Shown piece by piece: positions 55,901 to 64,000 of a DNA stretch of 64,000 bases. The notes beneath the pieces were generated by a model. The model saw nothing but the letters and a program-made list of their open reading frames with translations. It had not been told where the DNA came from and ran no database searches. The translations under genes were made by a program, and so were the position numbers. The stretch covers positions 3,968,001 through 4,032,000 of the forward strand of contig JANHCV010000001.1 of the NCBI GenBank assembly GCA_025594325.1. Direction: 5' to 3'. The stretch comes from Blastocladiella emersonii ATCC 22665 (taxonomy: Eukaryota > Fungi > Blastocladiomycota). Within the stretch, counting starts at the first letter, position 1. Each line of letters begins with the position of its first letter.

Positions 55901-57403
55901 TACGACTCGAGCTCGCGGGTCATCTGGTTGGCCACGTCTTCCTTCTCGGCGAGGACGGCCTCGATGCGGCGCTTGAGCTCCTCGACCTGACGGGTGAGGA
56001 GGCTCTCGTCGAGGGCCTTGGTCTGCTGCAGGGCCTGGTACTGGTTGCGCAGCGACTCCTCGCGGACGCGGAGGCTGTCGATTTCGCGGCTGAGCTTCTG
56101 GTGGCGCTCGGTGTACTGAGCCTCGAGTTCCTACGCGCGGTCGGACGAGGGAGAGGGTGAGATTATGGTCGCGGGGAGAGAGTCAAGCGAAGAAAACGTA
56201 CGGCCTCGCGGGCGCGCAGCTTGGACTTGATCTCGTCGACCTCGAGGCGGAGCTTGGACGAGTGGGCCTCGTACTTTTGCTCGGCCGACTCGCGGACCTG
56301 CTCGTACTTGGAAATGATGGTCTCGCGGGCCTCGAGCTGGATCCGCTTGGCCTCGGTCTCGCGGAACGCCTCCATCTACCGTCAAGCGGGTGGTGAGCGA
56401 TGGCGGTCCGCAGGAACAGTAGAGCGAGGGGTACGTACGCGGCGCTCGAGTTCTTCGTGCAGGCGCGCGTCGAACTCGGCCTCGTGCTTGCGGGCGAGGT
56501 TGGTCAGGGCCTTGCGGGCGGCCTCGCGCTCCTGCTCGACCTTACCGGTCTGCTCGCGCACTTAGGAGAGATCAAGTTAGTTTCGTGAGCTCAACCACAG
56601 TCGAGTGCGATGGCTGCGTACCGAGGTCGGTCGGGTCGGCGGTCTCGGTCTGGATCTGCTGCGAGGCGCTCCGAACGGCGAGCCGGCGAACCGAGAGGAT
56701 GAGACGTTCGATGAGGGCTACACGGCTGTGCAGTGAGTGATCGTGACGCGGACGTGGCTGCAGAATCACGTACAGTGGTCGCTGCCGTGCTCGGAGCTCA
56801 GCTCGTTGAGCTACATTGCACGCACGGAGGGTGAGTGATCGACCCGACCGAACTGCCAGCCGAGAAAACCGCACCATGGTGAGCAGAGGCCCGCGCTTGG
56901 CGGTCGGATCCGAGAGGCGAAGCAGCTCGAGCATCTCGTCAACGTCCATGGCGGGCGGCTACGGCGAATCGTGTCAGCCGAAGATCCGCGTCGCGAGGAC
57001 CATGGGCGAGGTGGCGCACCGTCGCCTGCGACGTCTCGGGCAGGTAGACGGAGAGCGAGTACTGGAGGCCGTGGTTGGCGAGAAAGTCGACGACGAGGGC
57101 GTTGGCGAGCGAGTGGACGAGGTTGCGGCCCTCGCCGCCGTGCTTGAGCTCGCCGCCGTTGGCGGGCGCGGCGAGGAGCGGGCAGCGGGCAGCGGACTGG
57201 GCCGTCATGGCGGTGAGCGAGGGCGCCGAGAGGTGGTCGATGATGCGGGCGCGCAGCTGGGCCTTGAGCTCGTCAGCGACGCCGGCCTGGCGCAGCTGCT
57301 TCTGGATGGCGGAACGGAACTCGTCCTCGCCGATGCCAGCGGCAGTCAAGGATGCGGTGGGGGCGGCGGCAGCGGGTGCGCTCGCGGCGCCGGGGGCCGA
57401 CAT
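52959..57403 (-). CDS. OFD1-like LisH + coiled-coil centriole/basal-body protein (multi-exon)
   Basis: N-terminal FRSAIQKQLRQAGVADELKAQLRARII and LANALVVDFLANHGLQYSLSVYLPE (FOP/OFD1-type LisH), then several coiled-coil exons. Linking to the 52959-54713 ORF is inferred from a CTAAC..CAG acceptor near 54880. Confidence 0.65.
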
Positions 57404-57809
57404 GGGTCCGCGCAGGGCGAGTCGAGGCGAGGTGTGATGGGCGGGCGGTGGGCCACGGTGGGGCAGCCGCTCAGCACGTTTTGGGGCCGCGCGAGTGAAT
57501 TGCGCCGAGTGTGCGGGCGTCTGGGGTCGACAGAGCGGGAGCGCGGATGGCGCGGCCAACGAAAGAACGGCACGCAGGCCGCGCTGCGACGCGTGGTGCT
57601 GCAGGGGCGCGTGTCCTCACGTGTGGCGCTCCGACGCGTCGATCGGCGCGTTTTTGCGGTTTCAGCTCCATTTCCGGTCGGCCGCTCTAGCTCCACGTTT
57701 CTCCTCACCCTTTGGCGCTTCTCTCCGCAATGACGTCTGTCAGATGAATCACACCACGCAACAGCGAGGACGCTACGCTTCGGATCCGCGATTCGCTGCT
57801 CACGTCCCC

Positions 57810-58398
57810 ATGGATCCCGTCGCGCGAGGCCGGGGTACCCCTCAGCACGGCCCTTGGTCACACTCCAGTCTCGCCGTGCTCACATCGTCACCGAGTCTAG
57901 TCGCGCTCGACGAGTGGCTCGAGGCGTACCGCGGCCACGAGGAGCAGGCGTTCCAGGACCTGCACCGGCTCGCCATCTCGGGCGCCGAGGAGGCCGCCGG
58001 CGGCATGGCGCGCGAGCTGCACGCGACGCTCGAGCAGTACCGCGACGAGTGCGCGCGCCTCGACGCCGAGCGCAACAAGGTCATCCAGCGCTTCGCCGAC
58101 GAGTGGACCACGTACCAGGCCTCGCTCAAGCGCATCGCGGACGAGCTCGACGCCTGCGCCAACGAGATTGCCGCAGTCCGGGCCGCTGACGCTGCCGCAG
58201 GTCCCGAGAAGGGTACGGGTGTGCCGCGTGCGTGTCCTCGCAGCGCACGCTAACCGGATGCATCGCGTCGTCGTAGATCCCGAAGAGGTGCTGCAGGACT
58301 GGGAGCGCAGCGTCGTTGCGCAGATCAAGTCGTTCACCGACGCTGGGTCGGCCAGCCGCGGCGGCAAACAGGCGGCCCGCGGGCGCAAGAAGTCGTAA
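57810..58398 (+). CDS. Small coiled-coil protein, unknown function (3 exons)
   Basis: Strong codon bias at 57900-58210, plausible introns on either side, and a basic C-terminus. Divergent from the OFD1-like gene. Confidence 0.55.
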
Positions 58399-58757
58399 TC
58401 GATGCCCGATGTCTCCCGAACTCGTCCCCCTGAATACATCTATCGATGGGTGGACACAATCGAGTCCCTGCCGCGGAGGCGAGATGAAGAGAAAAATGTC
58501 TCCCACCTTGCCTGCGGTCCCTGGCCCGCGTGTGAGACACGCGCACGTGTTGCCGCGACGCGTCTCGACTTGACCGCGCCTCCGTTCGCACGCGCCCACG
58601 ATGCGATGAAGGTCGGTCTGGAAGGTTTTCAGCGCGTGCAATTTCATCGGCGAGGCGAAGCGCACCCAAAGCCGTTCATCGCACGCAGTCAGTCCACAAG
58701 TCTTCGCAACGGATTCCATTTGCTGCCGCTGCCCGCAAGTGATCCGCATCCACCACC

Positions 58758-61700
58758 ATGGCGGCGCCCATCGCAACGGGGTCCTGGGCTTGGGTCGCCG
58801 GTGACGGCGGCGCCCTCATCGGCGCCCACGTCTCGGCCATTGACGGCGGCAACGCGACCCTTGTCGCCACGAACAGTAAGGTAAGCCTCTGTCGGATCGC
58901 CTGCTCACCGCCCGCGTCACTCACGACGAGGTTCGATCGTGTAGCAATTCTCGGTCCCCGTAGCCAACGTTCGGCCCATGAGCCAGGAATGCATGTGCGG
59001 CGTGCCCGATCTCCGCCGCCTGCCCGAGCCCGAACAGTCGCCGTTCGGATGGGCGCACAACCTGTGGGTCCAGCACTCGCGAGGCGAGTCTGACGTACCT
59101 TCCTCTCGTTCCCGTCTTCGCCATGGATCCTCGCTGACCACAACTCCCTCGCTGCTAGGTTACCCTTTCCGACAAGGCCTCGCTCGCGGTGGGCCCTTCA
59201 GCCATCGACGCGGCCGAGAACCCCAAGCCGCTGGCCGACGCGAGCCCGCTCCGCGCTCTCGCTACGGGCGGTGCCACGAGCTCGATCGTCTTCTGCGGGC
59301 CAGGAGCCGTCGCCTCGTTCAACCAGACCCTGCACGCCCTCGAGCACGCGGGCAAGCTCACGCCAACGGCCGTGGCCAAGGCCAAGTCGGCGATTGCCAT
59401 CCTCCACGTCGTCGCTGGTGTCGGCGACTCGCTCAGCGTACGTTCCCCTCGAGCGCCATTACCCACGCATCGCTAACCGGTCATTCTCGTGTAGGCAATG
59501 AGCATGAACATCCTCGACGCCGACCACTTCTCCGTGACGTGCAGCCCCGAGATCCGCACCGTGCTCGACGACAAGTCGACGCCCAACTTCAACGTCTTCT
59601 ACGACGTGCCCGCGCTGGTCTCGCCCGCCGAGCTGCAGCAGCTCGACATCGGCAACATGGCCTCTTTTCCGGCCATGAAGGGCCGCAAGGTGCAGGGCAC
59701 CTCGGACCCGGCGCGCGTCGCGCGGTTCACCAAGGCCATGGCCGACCTCGGGCTCGCCGGCCTCACCCCGCAGCTGTCGCGCATGGTCGCAGCGCTGCTC
59801 CACTTCTCGAAGCTGCTGTTCAACACGCACTCGGAGACGGGCATGGTCGAGCGCGTGCGAGACTCGGCGGGGCTCGCCTTCACGTCCAAGCTGCTGTCGC
59901 TCACGGTCGGGATTGAGGACGCCATGTTTTCGCCGATGATCGAGGCCGGGTTCGTGACGCTCGAGTCGGCGACCGAGCACCGCGAGGAGGCGTGCCAGCA
60001 CCTGTACCGGTGCATCATCAACTGGATCGTCGCGTACATCAACCAGATGTGCGCTGTGGGCGAGGACGGCGCCGTGGTCGCGCCGGCGAGCGGCACCCCG
60101 CTCCAGCTCAGCCTCGTCCAGCGCCCGCACGAGCAGGACCTCGTGCTCGACTTGTACCACGACCGCGCCAAGGTGATCGACGGCACCATCAACACCACGT
60201 TCCTGAGCAAGCTCAAGCCCGCCGACCCGCACATGGGCGCCGCGCTCCGCCCGCCGGCCCAGGGCGTCGTGCTGTCGGCCCCGCTCCACTTCGTGTTTGC
60301 CCTCGCGCTCCCGCCCGCCGGCCCGCTCGACGTGCTCCAGCTGTACCCGAACCTGCGCGCCATCCACTCACCCGACGTGCGGCTCGACATCGACTCGATG
60401 CTCGCCGATGCGACCCAGCGCATGAGTCTCCGGCTCTCGGGCGCCGTCGCGACGCACCGGCCGGCCGTGTCCGCAACCGCCAGTCTGCCCCTGCCGTCGC
60501 TGAGTGCGGCTTCGGCACCCGCTACGCCGTCCGCAGCCGACACTGCGGCTGCCGCGGCGGCGCAGCAGGCCAAGGCCGACGAGGAGGAGGCGAGCGCGCA
60601 CGCCGCGCGCCACGGGTCGTCGCACCACCTACCCGGCGAGATCACGTCGTCGGGCGTCGCGTCGCAGGCCATGCAGGGTCTGTCGACGTCGAACCCGAAC
60701 CTGTTGGGCCAGCAAAGGTACATGCCCGGCGAGGTCGGCGGGCTGGGCGCGAGCGCGAGCGTGGACACCAAGGAGGACGACCACTCGACGTACGAGGACG
60801 CCGAGGATGCCGAGGACGCCGAGGAGCGCGAGCGGCAGGCCAAGCTGGTCGAGTACCTCGAGCGGTCCGAGCAGCAGCGGCTCCAGTCGGTGGCGCAGCG
60901 GCTGACGCAGCAGATCAACAAGAACGAGCAGATCCTGAGCCGCATCCAGGTGTTCCCGAACGACCTGCAGCAGCTGCTCGCCGTGTCGCCGCACTACATC
61001 CACCAGCTCGTGTGTGACGCGTCGCCCGTGTTCCTGCCCTCGGGCATCGTGCGGCCCTCGCCGCCGCCCGCGCCGCCGGCCGTGAGTCTCCCGCAGATGC
61101 CGCCGAACCAGGTCATCCGCACCGCGCTGTCGCAGCAGCTCACCATCACGGAGCGCCACGTCATCATCAACTACGTGCTGCGCAACCAGCTGCGCGACCC
61201 GCAGTCGATTGACCAGGGGTACGTGACGTGCTGCCAGCTCAGCGGCATGTTCCCCGACGCATGGAAGTGGATGGCCGCGCTGTCGTGCGCCGTCACCCCG
61301 ACGCCCAACGTCCAGATGGCCGTGGTCGCGCACTGGATGAACGTCGGCGGCCCGCGCAACCACCTCGAGTCGGTCCTCGCCAACTGGCAGCTGCGCACGA
61401 GCCCGCGCCGGTTCGGACTCGCGTTTGTCGAGGTCAGCTCAATCTGGGTACGCTCTTACTGCTCGCCGATGCGACGCGACGCGACGCGACCGACACTGAC
61501 CCGCGCCACCACCGATAGTCTGAGACCCCGCTGCGCCTCATCTTCCACTGGGCCGACAACGTGACCATCTCGGTCGAGTGCCACCCGTCGCAGCAGGTGT
61601 CGTCGCTGGTCCAGACGCTGCTGGCATGGCGGCAGGTACCGGCGCCGACGACCGAGTACACGGTGGCATTCAAGGGCCTCGGGATCGACGTGCGCACGTC

Positions 61701-64000
61701 GCCGCACGACCTGTTCTTCGACCTGCTGTGCCTGTACCAGCAGCTGTACGAGACGGGCACGGTGGCGATCCACGTCGAGCGGCTGTTCGTGAACCCGGCC
61801 GCGCCGTCGCTGCAGGCCGACCGCGCGCTGTGCCACCTGCAGCTCGCGGGCAAGTTCCCGGACCTGACCAACCCGGACGACGCGATCCAGCGCGCCCAGG
61901 AGACGGGCGCCTGGGCCATGCGGTTCCCCGCGGTCCTCCCCGAGGCGACGCCGCGCGAGACCACGAGCCCGCCCGTCGCGCACTGGCTCGTCCTGACGCG
62001 CACGGCGCTCATCATCGAGCGCGTCCACCGGTTCGGCTCCGAGTGCGCGCACTCGTGCCGGTGGGACGACTGCGTCGTGTTCAACGTGACGCCGACGTCG
62101 GCTGTGCTGCTGATCGACGACAAGCGGATCCCCGTCGAGTGCCCCGGCCAGGCCTTCGCCGACTTCCTCAACGGCTGGCTCGCGGCGGTCCGCAGCCCGC
62201 TCGGCGTGATGCTGCAGGACTTTGCGTCGCGCGAGGGCACGCGCGTCGGCAAGGGATCGCTGGTGCAGGTCCAGGAGGAGCGCGCGCCCTGGGTCCTCGT
62301 CACGGCGCGTACCGGCCCGTTCGCCAACGTGCCCGTGTGGATCCCGCGCACACACGTCGAGTATCTCGTCGAGGGGACCCGCGCCCCGGGTATCGCCGAG
62401 AACAAGCTCCCGCTGCGCATCCTCGTCGCGATGCGCCAGCTCGAGATGCCCGGCGTCGAGCTCGGCGCCGTGCTCGCCGATATGCTCAACAAGGGTAGCG
62501 GCGTGCCCATCGCCGCGCCCGGCGGGACGTGGGGCCCGACGTTTGCGTTCCAGACGATCCAGCGCGGCGGCAACGGGTCGCCGCAGACCCAGTCCCCGCA
62601 GACGGCCTCGCCCGTCCCGGGCGGCACCATGGCCACGCCGCCACGCCAGCTCCAGGGCACAATCTCCGGCGGCCAGTTCAGCGGCGCGCCGGGTGGGACC
62701 GTCAAGCGCAAGGCGCCCGGCCCGCCGCCGGGCTCGTACGGCACCGTCAGCGGCGGGCACCCGGGCTACACGGCCGGCGGCGGTGGGACCGTCAGCGGGA
62801 TGCCGCCGTCGCAGTACGGCACCGTGTCGGGCGGGGCCCCCGCGTACCCGACGGCGTCGGTGCAGCAGGGCTCGCCCGGCGCGTCGTACTCGACCAGCAC
62901 GGTCATGTCGGTCGTCGGCGACCTGCGGCCGTACGGCAACAACAGCAACGACCCGTTCGCAAAGCCGGGCGGCGGCGATGGTAGTGGCGAGAAGGGCAAG
63001 CAGCAGCAGCCGGCGGCGCGGCTGGTCCCGACGATTGAGGTGCCGCCGCTCAACTCAGTGCACGTCGGCGACAACTCGATCGAGCAGTACGCGAGCCAGT
63101 ACTACGAGACCAAGTCGGGTAGTATATTTGGCAAGAAGAAGGGCGCGTTCGACCAGAAGATGCTCACCTACTCGGATGTACGTCGCGTCGGCGCGGTCAT
63201 GAAACGTGACTCTGACTGACTCCGCAAAACCATTCTAGACCCCGCTCAAGAAGCCGCTGACGCGTTCGGCGTACGCCGAGGTCCGCGACACCAAGACGGC
63301 GCTCGAGACGTCGACGTGGATCATGACGTACATGGGCGACTTCAAGGCCAAGGGCACGACGCAGCTCGAGGCGGCCAAGTTTGTCATCGAGAACGCGCTC
63401 TCGAGCTCGGCGCTCGTCGACGAGACGTACTGCCAGATCGTCAAGCAGATTACGCAGCACCCGCGGCCTGAGGGGTACGCTGCCATGGCCATTGCCGTCT
63501 CCCGCACACGAATGCTGACCATATCCCCTAAAACCGTGTAGCGCGCTGCTCGGCTTCCGGCTGATGAGCATGTGCGCGGCGTTCCTGGCACCGAGCGACG
63601 ACCTATTCTCGTCCATGTGCCGGTTCATGCAGCAGCAGCTGCGCGGGACGACGGACCCGGCGCTGGTCGCGCTCGTCAACTTCGTGTACTCGAACATGTA
63701 CAAGACGATCAAGGTCGGGTGCCGCAATCTCGGGCCGAGCCGCGAGGAGCTCGAGGCGCTGCACGCCAACGCCCTCATCAAGTTCCGCGTCGAGCTGCCC
63801 GACCGCACCGCGCGCACCTACCTCATCGACTCGTTCACGGTCGGGTCCGACATCCTCAACAAGCTCGAGGAGCGGTACCAGGTCGGCGATTTCGCGCACG
63901 ACTTCGGGCTCGTCATCGACGGCGGACCGCGGACCGGCAGCGGCGTGCTCCCGCTCGTCCCCGTCCTCGAGACGGACCGCCTCGCCGACATTCTGTCGCT
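58758..64000 (+). CDS. MyTH4-FERM myosin-like protein with a degenerate motor (continues beyond the window)
   Basis: Myosin N-terminal SH3-like exon and motor remnants (NFNVFY, AALLHFSKLLF, LYRCIINWIVAYINQ). The tail has MyTH4-like, FERM-like and SH3-like (WIPRTHVEYL) segments, a second MyTH4 (LVDETYCQIVKQIT) and the start of a FERM. Confidence 0.75.

Noticed and set aside
1-64000. CRISPR arrays, rRNA, tRNA, prokaryotic operons
   Set aside because: None seen by eye and the sequence is eukaryotic. tRNAscan-SE or Infernal would be needed to exclude small RNA genes.

Overview
This is a very GC-rich, intron-containing eukaryotic window. Short GT-AG introns with CTGAC/CTAAC branch points, fungal-type housekeeping genes and probable centriole/flagellar genes suggest a zoosporic, early-diverging fungus (possibly Blastocladiomycota; inferred, not proven). 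Recognisable genes are NOT1, a PDH protein X-like gene, an Egh16/DUF3129-like secreted protein, a PKA-type kinase, SNO1/PDX2, an OSH protein, HOOK, NDK, a SEL1-repeat protein, RPT4, a CAB4-like PPAT, AP-1 sigma, PPIL2, EFHB-like, OFD1-like, and a MyTH4-FERM myosin-like gene that runs off the right edge. The main discovery is a seven-copy family of Ty3/gypsy-like Gag-capsid plus aspartic-protease-fold genes in two oppositely oriented clusters (0.1-2.2 kb on +, 43.4-51.2 kb on -). I saw no RT, RNaseH, integrase or LTRs. One divergent copy keeps a CCHC zinc knuckle and the catalytic Asp. The other copies that retain these regions lack the knuckle, and those that retain the active-site segment have lost the Asp, which points to a domesticated capsid/pseudoprotease family in birth-and-death evolution. 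Other notable observations are a 2-nt micro-exon and a GC-AG intron in NDK, a myosin with a degenerate motor, and an adenylyl-cyclase-like 2x6TM protein with no cyclase domain. Exon boundaries were read by eye and domain calls come from recalled motifs, not database searches.
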